Part shown: positions 1 to 8,353 of the stretch, in pieces
Layout of the letters: the number at the start of each line of letters is the position of its first letter
Numbering within the stretch: the first letter of the stretch is position 1
DNA from: Phycisphaera mikurensis NBRC 102666
GTDB taxonomy: Bacteria; Planctomycetota; Phycisphaerae; Phycisphaerales; Phycisphaeraceae
Direction of reading: 5' to 3'
Assembly (NCBI RefSeq): GCF_000284115.1
Contig: NC_017080.1
Location: forward strand, 2,010,001-2,042,000
DNA: 32,000 nt
Made by a program: the position numbers and the translations under genes
Notes under the pieces: model-generated
Databases searched by the model: none
What the model was told of the DNA's origin: nothing
What the model saw: only the letters and a program-made list of their open reading frames with translations

Positions 1-429
1 CGCGACGCGGGGGTGCGGTCCGCGTTTCATCGGGGGAAGGCGATCTACCTCGCCCCGACCGGCGGCGACGCGGTCTTGCTCCACGGCGATTTCTACCCCG
101 GCTCGTGGCTGCGCACCGTCGCGGGGGTGAGGGTCATCGACCCGGAGTTCTGCTTCCACGGCGTGCCGGAGGTGGACGCCGGCATCGCGGTCGGCCACCT
201 CGCGCTCGCCGGCCGCTCCGTCGCCGAGGCGGAAGCCTTCCTCGGCGCGTACGGCCACCCGCTGAACGCCGAGACGCTGCGCGACCTCGCCGGCGTCGAG
301 GTCGTCCGCCGCCTGATCGGCGTCGCTCAGCTCCCGCTGGGCGGTTCGACGCCGCGGGTCGAGATGCTCGGGCGGGCGCAGGCCACGCTGGCCGCCTCCG
401 CCGATTGGCGCGGCCTGTTCGCGAGGTGA
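1..429 (+). CDS. C-terminal part of a phosphotransferase (APH/methylthioribose-kinase-like), truncated by left window edge
   Basis: Frame is open from base 1. Contains LLHGDFYPGSWL...VRVIDPEFCFHGVPEVDAGIAVGHLALA, the catalytic HGD plus metal-binding D-P-E-F pattern of APH-fold kinases. Stop at 427-429. Confidence 0.75.
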   Translation, partial: RDAGVRSAFHRGKAIYLAPTGGDAVLLHGDFYPGSWLRTVAGVRVIDPEFCFHGVPEVDAGIAVGHLALAGRSVAEAEAFLGAYGHPLNAETLRDLAGVEVVRRLIGVAQLPLGGSTPRVEMLGRAQATLAASADWRGLFAR

Positions 430-459
430 GAGGTTGCACGCGCGTACCTTCTTTCGCCC

Positions 460-2226
460 ATGATCCGCACCCTCCTCCTCGCGCTGCTCTTGGCTCTCGC
501 GGCTCCGCGGGTCCACGCCGCGCCCGCCGACGTCTGGCTCGACGTCGACACCGCCAACGGCGTCTACGACCCCGACGACGGGATCATGATGATCCAGGTC
601 TTCCACCGGCCCGACGTGTTCCGCGTCCGCGGCGTCAGCACGCTCTTCGGCAACGCCACGCTGGAGGAGGCCCAGCCCATCGCCGAGCACATCGTGCGGC
701 GGTACGGCCCCGAGGTGGGGGTCCACCGCGGCGCCGCCTCCGCCGAGGACTTCGGCCGCGAGACCGACGCCACCCGCGCCATGGCCGCCGCCCTCCGCGA
801 GAAGCCGATGCACGTGCTGGCCGTCGGCCCGGCGACCAACCTGGGCACGGTGCTCTCGCTGCACCCCGAGCTGGCCGACCGCGTGATCTCGGCGGTCATG
901 GTCGCCGGCCGCCGGCCGGGGCAGCGGTTCCAGTTCTCCGACGACCAGCCCGCCCCCTTCCGCGACGCCAACTTCGAGAAGGACGTGCCCGCGATGCGGG
1001 CGGTGCTCGACAGCGGCGTGAACCTCGTGCTCGCCCCCTGGGAGGTCACCCGCACCACCTGGCTCGACCCCGAGGGCCTGGCCGTGCTCCGCGAGAGCGG
1101 CGGGGCGGGCGCCTGGATCGAGGCGACCACGCGGTACTGGCTGCTCGGCTGGGCGGCGAACCTGGGCACCGAAGGCTTCACCCCCTTCGACACCCTCGCC
1201 GCCGGCTGGTTCACCGACCCCGGGCTCTACGCCGGGGTGCCGGTGAGCGTCGCGATCGTGGAGGGCCCCGACGACGGTGCCCGGCCCGTCGAGCCCCGCG
1301 TCGCGGGCGACCCCAAGCCGTTCCTCGAGGCGCGCGAGGTGCCCGAGGAGGCAGCCAACGGCTTCTACCTCGCCACCGTCGCCGACGCCTTCACCGGCCG
1401 CCTGCTCGAGGACCTCGCCGGCCGCACCGGCGAGCCCGGCCCGCCCTCGGACACGATCTGGCACCCCTCCCCGGGCACCGGGGGCCTCGACCCGTCCGCG
1501 TGGGACGCCGTGGCCTCCCGCTTCGTCACCGCCTCGGGCCGCTTCGACTACGCCGGCCTCGCCGCCGACCCCGACGGCCTCGCGCAGCTCGACGCGTACA
1601 TTGCCGCCGTCGCGGACGCCGACGTGCCCCGCCTCACCCGCGATGCGCACCTCGCCACCGCCATCAACGCGTACAACGCCTGGACGGTGAGGCTGATCCT
1701 CGACCACTTCGCCGAGGGCCGGCCGCCCGCCTCGATCATGGAGATCCCCGAGGACGAGCGCTGGAAGGCTGTCCGCTGGCGCTTCGGGGGGCAGCCGCTC
1801 AGCCTGGACATGCTCGAGCACCTGCTGATCCGCCCGTGGTTCGCGGAGCCGCGGATCCACTTCGCGCTCGTCTGCGCCGCCGCGAGCTGCCCGCCGCTGC
1901 GGGCCGGGGCGTACACGGCGGAGGGGCTTGACGCCCAGCTGGAGGAGCAGATGCGGCGGACGCACGGGCAGGCACCTTGGGTCGGCTTCGAAGCGGGCGA
2001 CGAGCAGGTGCGGCTGACGGCGCTCTACAAGTGGTACGGGCAGGACTTCGTCCCGGCGCTGACGCAGCCGGTGGAGCCGGACGAGCAGGCGTCGCTGCTG
2101 CCGGTGGTGGCCGGGTGGAACCCGACGCTCGCCGCCGCGCTGGACGCCGGAGCAACGCCGGCGATCGCCTGGTTGCCCTACAGCTGGGCGATCAACACGC
2201 CCGCGCTCGGGGAAGACGCCAAGTGA
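460..2226 (+). CDS. Secreted inosine-uridine nucleoside hydrolase-like domain fused to a C-terminal DUF547 domain
   Basis: Signal peptide MIRTLLLALLLALAAPRVHAAPA; DVDTANGVYDPDDGIMM and AVGPATNLGTVL motifs of nucleoside hydrolases; C-terminal AINAYNAWTVRLIL...HFALVCAAASCPPLR typical of DUF547. Confidence 0.8.
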   Translation: MIRTLLLALLLALAAPRVHAAPADVWLDVDTANGVYDPDDGIMMIQVFHRPDVFRVRGVSTLFGNATLEEAQPIAEHIVRRYGPEVGVHRGAASAEDFGRETDATRAMAAALREKPMHVLAVGPATNLGTVLSLHPELADRVISAVMVAGRRPGQRFQFSDDQPAPFRDANFEKDVPAMRAVLDSGVNLVLAPWEVTRTTWLDPEGLAVLRESGGAGAWIEATTRYWLLGWAANLGTEGFTPFDTLAAGWFTDPGLYAGVPVSVAIVEGPDDGARPVEPRVAGDPKPFLEAREVPEEAANGFYLATVADAFTGRLLEDLAGRTGEPGPPSDTIWHPSPGTGGLDPSAWDAVASRFVTASGRFDYAGLAADPDGLAQLDAYIAAVADADVPRLTRDAHLATAINAYNAWTVRLILDHFAEGRPPASIMEIPEDERWKAVRWRFGGQPLSLDMLEHLLIRPWFAEPRIHFALVCAAASCPPLRAGAYTAEGLDAQLEEQMRRTHGQAPWVGFEAGDEQVRLTALYKWYGQDFVPALTQPVEPDEQASLLPVVAGWNPTLAAALDAGATPAIAWLPYSWAINTPALGEDAK

Positions 2227-2285
2227 GATTTGCTCACCATGAACCCGAGGAGCTGGAGGTCGGGCACGAGCGGTGGAGCCCGCGG

Positions 2286-2378
2286 ATGGGTCGGGTCGGC
2301 AAGATCTTTGCCTGGGCGATCCTCGCGATGATCGGGCTCGGCGTGCTCGCGATGATCTGGATGATCCTCGCGGGCTGA
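2286..2378 (+). CDS. Possible 30-aa single-pass membrane microprotein
   Basis: ATG at 2286 encodes MGRVGKIFAWAILAMIGLGVLAMIWMILAG, a clean hydrophobic helix after a basic N-terminus. Inside a longer low-quality ORF (1977..2378). Confidence 0.4.
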   Translation: MGRVGKIFAWAILAMIGLGVLAMIWMILAG

Positions 2379-2382
2379 GGGT

Positions 2383-2805
2383 TCACCGCGACGCCGCGTC
2401 GAGCTCGACCAGATCGCGTGCGAGCAGCAGGCGGAGGAAGGCCGAGACGCTCTCCTGCGCTTCAGCGAAGGGCAGCTTGTGGGCCTCGGCGAAGGCCTCG
2501 ATCACCTCCTCCACGCGACGGCCGCGGCCGAGCAGCTCGTACACCTCCCGCCCGAGCGGGTCGAGGTCGACCGTGCGCGTCTGCGGCACCGGCACCACCC
2601 ACGAGATCGGCGGGAAGGCCCACCAGGGGCGGGCGGCCGGCCGCGTCACGCGGAGGCCGTCGCCCCGCGGCCGGGCCGTCGCCGCGGCGGCCGGGCGGGC
2701 GGTCGCGGCGAGCAGCCGCTGGGGCGTGTGGAGCGCCGCTTGGGCTTCGCGGCGCCGGGCCTGCTGGCGGGCGGCTTGCTGGCTCACGGGGCGGCGGTGC
2801 TTCAT
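2383..2805 (-). CDS. PqqD-family (peptide-chaperone-like) protein, 140 aa
   Basis: TVDLDPLGREVYELLGRGRRVEEVIEAFAEAHKLPFAEAQESVSAFLRLLLARDLVEL matches the PqqD fold pattern. Internal ATG at 2805 is the likely start (MKHRRPV...). Confidence 0.7.
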   Translation of the reverse strand: MKHRRPVSQQAARQQARRREAQAALHTPQRLLAATARPAAAATARPRGDGLRVTRPAARPWWAFPPISWVVPVPQTRTVDLDPLGREVYELLGRGRRVEEVIEAFAEAHKLPFAEAQESVSAFLRLLLARDLVELDAASR

Positions 2806-2864
2806 GCGGGCAGCGTCGCCGGCCGCGCCCGGCGGCGTCAAGCCGCACGCCGGCGGGCGTGGCG

Positions 2865-3761
2865 TCAGGCGGGCGGGAGCAGGCCGGCCGGGTCGGGCAG
2901 CTCCGCCCGCCGGGGGCCGCGGACGGTGACGCCGAGCACGGCCTGCTGGGCGGCGTCGTGCCAGAGGAGGTCGCGGCGGAGGCGGGCTCTGCCCGCGAGC
3001 CGGGCCCAAGGGCGGCACGGCTCGGGCCCCGCGGCGGCCACCGCGCCGGCCGGAGCCCCCGCCGCCGCGGGCACCGGCACCAGCCCCGGGGGCGTGCTCT
3101 CACCCAGCAGCGCCGCCGCATCGCCGCCGAACCAGGCGCTGGCCATGCCGCGCCGCCAGAAGCGGGCGGTCAGGCCGCCGGGGCCCGTGAACGCCAGGAC
3201 GGACGCGGCGGGGGTGTGGCGGACCGAAGCCGCCGCCCAGCCCGGCGGGGCGGCGGCGTCGAGGCCGAAGGCGGTCCACCGCGTGGCGTTGCCGGGGAGG
3301 GTCGCCGGCGCGGCGGAGGCCAGCAGCCGCAGCGTCTGCTCCGAGGGCACCCGGCCCCGGGCCCGGGGATCCAGCAGCACCGCGTCGACGAGCAGCCCGC
3401 CCACCGCGGCCACCGCATCGGTGCGGGTGCCGCCGGCGGGGGCGTCGCCGATCCAGCCGGACCAGCGGACCGGCGCCCGCCCCGGGTCCGCGGCCGGGCG
3501 ATCCGCGGGCAGCACCGCCTCCAGCGACCGCAGCTCGGGCGGCGGCTCCAGCGGGCCGCGTTCGCCGGCCGCGGCCTCCACCCGCTTCCGCCAGTCGCGG
3601 GCCAGGGCCGCGGCGTCGGGCGTCGGGCCGGCGGGCAACGCCGACCAGGTGAGCTGCAGCCGCTGCCGCCGGCGGTCGACCATCACCAGCCGCCCGGCCC
3701 GCCGGTTGAGGTCGTTCCGCACCGCCGCGAAGTCCACCGGCGCCTCGAAGGCCAGCCCCAT
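2865..3761 (-). CDS. Hypothetical protein, partner of the PqqD-like gene (same strand, 59 bp upstream)
   Basis: Long ORF with coherent protein character (MGLAFEAPVDFAAVRNDLNRRAGRLVMVDRRRQRLQLTW...). ORF track extends to 3944; start is uncertain, 3761 is one ATG option. Confidence 0.6.
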   Translation of the reverse strand: MGLAFEAPVDFAAVRNDLNRRAGRLVMVDRRRQRLQLTWSALPAGPTPDAAALARDWRKRVEAAAGERGPLEPPPELRSLEAVLPADRPAADPGRAPVRWSGWIGDAPAGGTRTDAVAAVGGLLVDAVLLDPRARGRVPSEQTLRLLASAAPATLPGNATRWTAFGLDAAAPPGWAAASVRHTPAASVLAFTGPGGLTARFWRRGMASAWFGGDAAALLGESTPPGLVPVPAAAGAPAGAVAAAGPEPCRPWARLAGRARLRRDLLWHDAAQQAVLGVTVRGPRRAELPDPAGLLPPA

Positions 3762-3880
3762 CCACGCCCAGCGGCACCACGCGGCGGCTCGTGTTGGTTC
3801 GGGTGCCGGCAACCGGCGAGGGTACGGCCGGGCTTCTACCCTTCCCCCGGCCCGAACCCGTTCCCGTTCCCGGAGACAAC

Positions 3881-4432
3881 ATGCCGCTTCCCCGCACCCC
3901 GCTGCCGCTCCCGCTCGCCCTGCTCGCGGTCGCTCTGCCCGCACTCCACACGCAGGAGGCGCGGGGGAGCGAGGGCGACCCGCCGGCGAGGTTCAGCCCC
4001 GCGGCGCTCGCCGAGCGGAACACCGAGGTCGCCGGCCGCAGCGCCATCCCGCAGCCGGGCGAAGGCTTCCCCGCGCCGCTCGCTTTCGAGACGCGGGCGC
4101 CGGTGAAGATCCCCTTCGTGGCCGAGGGGCAGGTCGTGCCTTGGGAGGAGGCCGCCGGCTACGTCGGCGGCGACAGGATCGTGGTGCAGGGGACGATCGT
4201 CGACACGTACCAGGTCAACAACGGCCCCTGCCTGCTCAAGTTCGACGCGAAGGACCGCGACGCCTTCCTGATCGCGGCGTTCCTGGAGGGCGCACCGGGC
4301 CTGGCGGCGCCGCCGGCGGAGCTCTACCGCGGGAAGGTCGTCCGGGTGAGCGGGCCGGTGACGCCGTACAAGGGCAACCCGCAGATCGTCGTCAGCGACC
4401 CCTCGCAGATCGAGATCGTCGGGGTGCGCTGA
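3881..4432 (+). CDS. Exported protein with OB-fold/nucleic-acid-binding-like domain, 183 aa
   Basis: Signal peptide MPLPRTPLPLPLALLAVALPALHTQEA from ATG 3881; VVQGTIVDTYQVNNGPCLLKFD...YRGKVVRVSGPVTPYKGNPQIVVSDPSQIEIV is the repeated-strand pattern of OB-fold proteins. Confidence 0.65.
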   Translation: MPLPRTPLPLPLALLAVALPALHTQEARGSEGDPPARFSPAALAERNTEVAGRSAIPQPGEGFPAPLAFETRAPVKIPFVAEGQVVPWEEAAGYVGGDRIVVQGTIVDTYQVNNGPCLLKFDAKDRDAFLIAAFLEGAPGLAAPPAELYRGKVVRVSGPVTPYKGNPQIVVSDPSQIEIVGVR

Positions 4433-4446
4433 GCGCCGCCGCTTTG

Positions 4447-4462
4447 TCGCCGATTTCGGCGA
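4447..4462 (+). terminator. Possible hairpin terminator downstream of the OB-fold gene
   Basis: TCGCCG-ATTT-CGGCGA perfect inverted repeat 15 bp after the stop codon; no T-tract, so weak. Confidence 0.3.
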
Positions 4463-4600
4463 GCGGGGCGGAGGGCGGATGCGTGCGAGGTCCGCGTGCC
4501 ATGGAGGCGCTTCGCGCCCGTCGCTCTGCCCCGGGCCGCGGGCAGCCGCCGCCCGGGCCGCGGGGGGCAAGGCTCCGGGAACCGCTGCGACGTCCGGGGC

Positions 4601-5262
4601 GCGGATGAGCGAGAAGCGGGGAGCCCGCGTGGTCGCGGCTTCGATTTGCTTCGGTTGCAATGAGCTTCTACATCGACGGAGTCGATGAGCCACCTGGGCG
4701 GGTGGCTCATTCACTCCGTGGATGTGGCGGCTGAGGCGAGCGGATGAGCTGGAAGCGGGGAACCACGCTTGATCGCGGCTTCGGGCCGTCTCGGTTGCAT
4801 TCGGCTTCTACATCGACGGAGTCGATGAGCCACCTGGGCGGGTGGCTCATCCACTCCGTGGATGTGGCGGCTTGGGGGCACGGATGAGCGGGAAGCGGGA
4901 AGCCCGCTTGGTCGCGGCTTCGGGTTGCTTCGGTTGCAATGAGCTTCTACATCGACGGAGTCGATGAGCCACCTGGGCGGGTGGCTCATCCACTCCGTGG
5001 ATGTGGCGGCTTGGGCGGACGGATGAGCTGGAAGCGGGAACCCCGCCCGGTCGCGGCTTCGGGCCGTCTCGATTGCATTCGGCTTCTACATCGACGGAGT
5101 CGATGAGCCACCTGGGCGGGTGGCTCATTCACTCCGTGGATGTGGCGGCGTAGGGGCGCAGATGAGCGGGAAGCGGGAAGCCCGCCCGGCTGCGGCTTCG
5201 GTCCGTTTCGGTTGCAGTCGGCTGCTAGATCGACGGAGCCGATGAGCCACCTGTGGGCGGAG
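4601..5262. repeat. Tandem array of four full and one degenerate ~139-bp units, each carrying a long hairpin
   Basis: Hairpin cores at 4670-4725, 4810-4865, 4949-5004, 5088-5143, degenerate at 5227-5262 (spacings 140, 139, 139, 139). Core acatcgacggagtcgatgagccacc-tgggcg-ggtggctcat[c/t]cactccgtggatgt. Confidence 0.95.
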
Positions 5263-5327
5263 AAGCCGCGTGGTCGTGCTAGCCTCGGGCGTGGCCGTTC
5301 GGCCGATCCGTCGCCTCTTGATCGCCC

Positions 5328-6122
5328 ATGCCGAAGGACCCGCGCAATGCCCTGCTCGTCTCGCGTCTGGACGTCCACGCCGGCCTCTCGGTCTTCGGGG
5401 TGAAGCTCAAGGAGGGCCCGCCCCCGGCTTTCCTCCCCGGGCAGTACGCGACGCTGGGCATCGAGAACGCGGCGGGCAAGCTGGTCCGGCGCGCGTACTC
5501 CGTCGCGTCGGCCCCGGGCGCGGCGTACGACGCCGACGGCGTGCTGCACTTCTACGTGGTCAAGGTCGACGGCGGCGCGCTCACCCCGTCGCTCTTCGAC
5601 CTCCGCGTCGGCGACGAGCTCTTCCTCTCGCCGCGGCTGGGCGGCCACTTCGTGCTGGGGCCCGGCGACCCGGACCGGGACCTGGTGATGGTCGCCACCG
5701 GCACCGGCACCGCGCCCTTCCGCAGCATGCTGCGGGCCGAGGCGGCGCTGCCGCCGGCCGAACGCACCGGCCGCCGGCGCGTGCTCATCGAGGGCTGCCG
5801 CGTCGCCGAAGACCTCGGCTTCTTCGACGAGCTCAACGCGCTCGCCGCCGCGGATCCCGCGTTCGTCTACCTGCCGACGGTCACCCGCGAGCCCGATTCC
5901 TCCGCTTGGTCCGGCCGGCGCGGCCGCGTGAACGCGCTGCTGAAGCCCGACGCCTTTCTGGCCGCCGCCGGCTTCCCCCTCGATCCGGCAAGCACGGCCG
6001 TCTTCCTCTGCGGCAACCCGCAGATGATCGACCAGGCCGAGGAGGAGCTGACCGACCGCGGGTTCCGGGTCCGGGACCGGAAGAACCCGGACGGGAACGT
6101 GGTCTTCGAGCGGTACTGGTGA
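5328..6122 (+). CDS. fpr: Ferredoxin--NADP reductase
   Basis: FLPGQYATLGI...RRAYSVASAP (FAD binding), VMVATGTGTAPFRSMLR, VFLCGNPQMIDQAEEELTDRGF, C-terminal VVFERYW. Confidence 0.92.
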   Translation: MPKDPRNALLVSRLDVHAGLSVFGVKLKEGPPPAFLPGQYATLGIENAAGKLVRRAYSVASAPGAAYDADGVLHFYVVKVDGGALTPSLFDLRVGDELFLSPRLGGHFVLGPGDPDRDLVMVATGTGTAPFRSMLRAEAALPPAERTGRRRVLIEGCRVAEDLGFFDELNALAAADPAFVYLPTVTREPDSSAWSGRRGRVNALLKPDAFLAAAGFPLDPASTAVFLCGNPQMIDQAEEELTDRGFRVRDRKNPDGNVVFERYW

Positions 6123-6162
6123 GCGCGGGCGGGCTCCCGGGGGTGGGGTTGCGCGGATGGGG

Positions 6163-7008
6163 TCACGCGCCGGCCCGGCCGGCGGAGTGGGCCGGCGCCA
6201 CCCGGGGCTCCCGGTCCCGAGGCTCCTCGCTCGCTCCCCATCCGGCGGCGTTCTCAAACCGCACGCACTCGCCCGGCCGGGCCTGGGCGGCCCGGTCCAC
6301 CGACGCCTCGTCCAGGCAGCCGATCCGCGGGTAGCCGCCCAGCGTCGGGCGGCCGCGGAGGAAGATCACCGGGCCTGCCGGCGTGAGCTGCACGCAGCCG
6401 TCGGCGAGCGGGGCGGAGACGATCTCGCGCGGGGAGCAGCGCGGCGCCGGCAGCGAGCCGGCGGCTTCGAGGCGGAGGCCGGCGTCGGAGAGGTCCGGCG
6501 TGACCCGCCAGGGCCGGACGAACAAGCGGGAAGGGCGGTCGATCGTCGCCCACTCCGGGCCGGCGATCAGGCGGAGCACCCCCGGCGACGCGCGGGGCCG
6601 GCGGGCGGAGAGCGGGGGGAGCGGGGGCCACGCCCCGGCCATGTCCGCCGTCATCGCGAGGTAGGTCCGGAAGCCGCCCCCCGGTCGCGTGCCGCCAAGC
6701 CGCAGGATCTCGCCCGCCGCGGCCCGCTGGACCTGTGCGTGCGGGACCGGGCGCCCGGCCAGCCCCGCGTCCGGCCGCGGGGCGCCGGTGAGGACGAAGC
6801 GGGCGTCGCCCGCGAAGCGCAGCGGCGGGGCGGCCACGATCTCCAGCAACGCGGCGTCGGGCCCGAGCCCGAGCGCGGCGCGGGCCGCCCCGGCCGCGGC
6901 TCGGTCTTGCGCCCCGCCGGGCGCGTGGCCGAGGTCCTGGCGTCCCCACGCCGCCGCCGAGACCGTGCGCAGCACCCCGCTTCCCTCGGAGCTGAGACCG
7001 GCGATCAC
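6163..7008 (-). CDS. pxpC: 5-oxoprolinase subunit PxpC (biotin-dependent carboxyltransferase family)
   Basis: GTG start at 7008 (VIAGLSSEGSGVLRTVSAAAWGRQDLGHA...); LRLIAGPEWATIDRP...PDLSDAGLRLEAAG...IVSAPLADGCVQLTPAGPVIFLRGRPTLGGYPRIG typical of the AHS2 family. Follows pxpA. Confidence 0.85.
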   Translation of the reverse strand: MIAGLSSEGSGVLRTVSAAAWGRQDLGHAPGGAQDRAAAGAARAALGLGPDAALLEIVAAPPLRFAGDARFVLTGAPRPDAGLAGRPVPHAQVQRAAAGEILRLGGTRPGGGFRTYLAMTADMAGAWPPLPPLSARRPRASPGVLRLIAGPEWATIDRPSRLFVRPWRVTPDLSDAGLRLEAAGSLPAPRCSPREIVSAPLADGCVQLTPAGPVIFLRGRPTLGGYPRIGCLDEASVDRAAQARPGECVRFENAAGWGASEEPRDREPRVAPAHSAGRAGA

Positions 7009-7724
7009 GCCGAGCTCTCCCGCAGGACGCCCGCCACCGCGGACGCCACCGCGAGCGCCTCGGGCCCGTCCCCGTGAACGCAGAGCGTCTCCGCGGCCAC
7101 CGCCGCCTCGCCGCCTTCGCGGAGCGTGACGACGCCGCGGACCGCGAGGCCGCGTGCCTGTTCGGCGGCCCGGTCCGCGGCGAGCACCGCGCCGGCGTGC
7201 CGGCGGCTCAGGAGCACCGGCCGGCCCGTCGCCGACTCCCGCGTGTAGCACCGGTCGGCGAAGGCTTCCGGCACCACCGCGAGGCCGGCGTCCGCGGCCG
7301 CGGCCGCCAGCGCCCCCGAGGCCGGTGTCAGCACGCGAGCGACGCCCGCGCCCGCCAGCCAGGCCGCCAGTCGGGGGGCGAGGCCGGCGTCGGTGTCCGC
7401 CGCTTGGTAGAGGGCGCCGTGGAGCTTCACCGCCGCCGTCTCCGGCAGCCGCGCGAGCTGCCAAGCCAGCGAGCGAGCCAGGCGGTCGAACGGGATCGCC
7501 ATCGCCCGCCGCCCGAAGCCCGACCGATCCGGATACGAGAGGTGCGCCGTGACGGCCACCCCGCGGACCGCGGCCTCCCGGCTCCAGAACGCGGCTTCGT
7601 CCGCGGAGCCCGCGTGGCCGCCACAGGCGACGTTGGCGAGGTCCGCGTGGCCGAGCAACGCGAGGTCCAGCGGGTGGCCGACGCCGCGCTCCCCGAGGTC
7701 GATGTTCAGGAGGAGGCGCTTCAG
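7005..7724 (-). CDS. pxpA: 5-oxoprolinase subunit PxpA (LamB/YcsF family)
   Basis: LLLNIDLGERG...DLANVACGGHAGSADEAAFWSREAAVRGVAVTAHLSYPDRSGFGRR...VKLHGALYQ...LCVHGDGPEAL. Start inferred as CTG 7724, which overlaps the pxpB stop. Confidence 0.88.
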   Translation of the reverse strand: MKRLLLNIDLGERGVGHPLDLALLGHADLANVACGGHAGSADEAAFWSREAAVRGVAVTAHLSYPDRSGFGRRAMAIPFDRLARSLAWQLARLPETAAVKLHGALYQAADTDAGLAPRLAAWLAGAGVARVLTPASGALAAAAADAGLAVVPEAFADRCYTRESATGRPVLLSRRHAGAVLAADRAAEQARGLAVRGVVTLREGGEAAVAAETLCVHGDGPEALAVASAVAGVLRESSA

Positions 7725-8353
7725 GCTCGCACCTCGAAGCGCACGGCGTCGCCGGGGCGGATCGCCTCCAGCAGGGCCGGGTCCGTCGTCCCCACCAGGT
7801 TCCAGCCGCCCGGGCTCGGGGCGGGGTAGACGCCCGCTTGGTCGTTGCCGATCGCGACCGCGCCCGCGGGCACCCGGGTCCGCGGGCTCGCGCGTCGCGG
7901 CGTGGCGAGCCGCGCATCCAGGCCCAGGAGGTACGGGAAGTGCGGGAGGAAGCCGACCGCGGCGACGCCGTAGCGGGGCGTCACGAAGGCCCGGATTGCC
8001 GCCGCTTCCCCCAGGCCCGCCCCGGCCGCCACCGCCGCGAGGTCGGCTCCGTCGAAGCGCGTGGGGAGGACGTGCGTCGCCGACGCCGGCGGCGGCTCCA
8101 CGGCCGCGGCTTCCGCGAGCACGGCCTCGACCGCCACGCGGACCGCCTCGGCGTCCTGCCGCGGATCGAAGTGCACCCCCAGCTCGCCGAGGCCGGGCAC
8201 GGCATCGAGCACGCCGAGGCGCCCGCCGTCCCGCGCCCCCGCCACCGCCCGGTGCGCCGCGAGGATCCGCCGGCTGGTCGCCCGCGAGGGGCCGCCGGGG
8301 AACGGGAACACCCAGCACCCCTCGCCCAGCCGCGCGGGAGCGGCCGCGCTCAT
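7721..8353 (-). CDS. pxpB: 5-oxoprolinase subunit PxpB (KipI/AHS1 family)
   Basis: VPTRFDG.DLAAVA...FVTPRYGVAAVGFLPHFPYLLGLDARLATPRRASPRTRVPAGAVAIGNDQAGVYPAPSPGGWNLVGTTDPAL. ATG at 8353. Confidence 0.87.
   Translation of the reverse strand: MSAAAPARLGEGCWVFPFPGGPSRATSRRILAAHRAVAGARDGGRLGVLDAVPGLGELGVHFDPRQDAEAVRVAVEAVLAEAAAVEPPPASATHVLPTRFDGADLAAVAAGAGLGEAAAIRAFVTPRYGVAAVGFLPHFPYLLGLDARLATPRRASPRTRVPAGAVAIGNDQAGVYPAPSPGGWNLVGTTDPALLEAIRPGDAVRFEVRA

Noticed and set aside
2418-4106. 562-aa plus-strand ORF
   Set aside because: Overlaps the PqqD-like pair on the opposite strand and the signal-peptide gene in another frame; the composition is shadow-like.
4711-5260. Protein-coding repeat (MSHPPRWLIDSVDVEAHCNR... 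ORFs on the minus strand)
   Set aside because: The period is 139-140 bp, not a multiple of three, so the reading frame shifts between copies; the ORFs exist because the DNA repeat happens to be open. The conservation pattern fits a hairpin better than a protein.
4601-5262. CRISPR array
   Set aside because: The repeats are ~139-bp tandem units with related inter-hairpin sequence, not short repeats with unique spacers, and no cas genes are present.
4986-6257. 423-aa minus-strand ORF spanning repeats and fpr
   Set aside because: Antisense to fpr and built partly from the repeat array.
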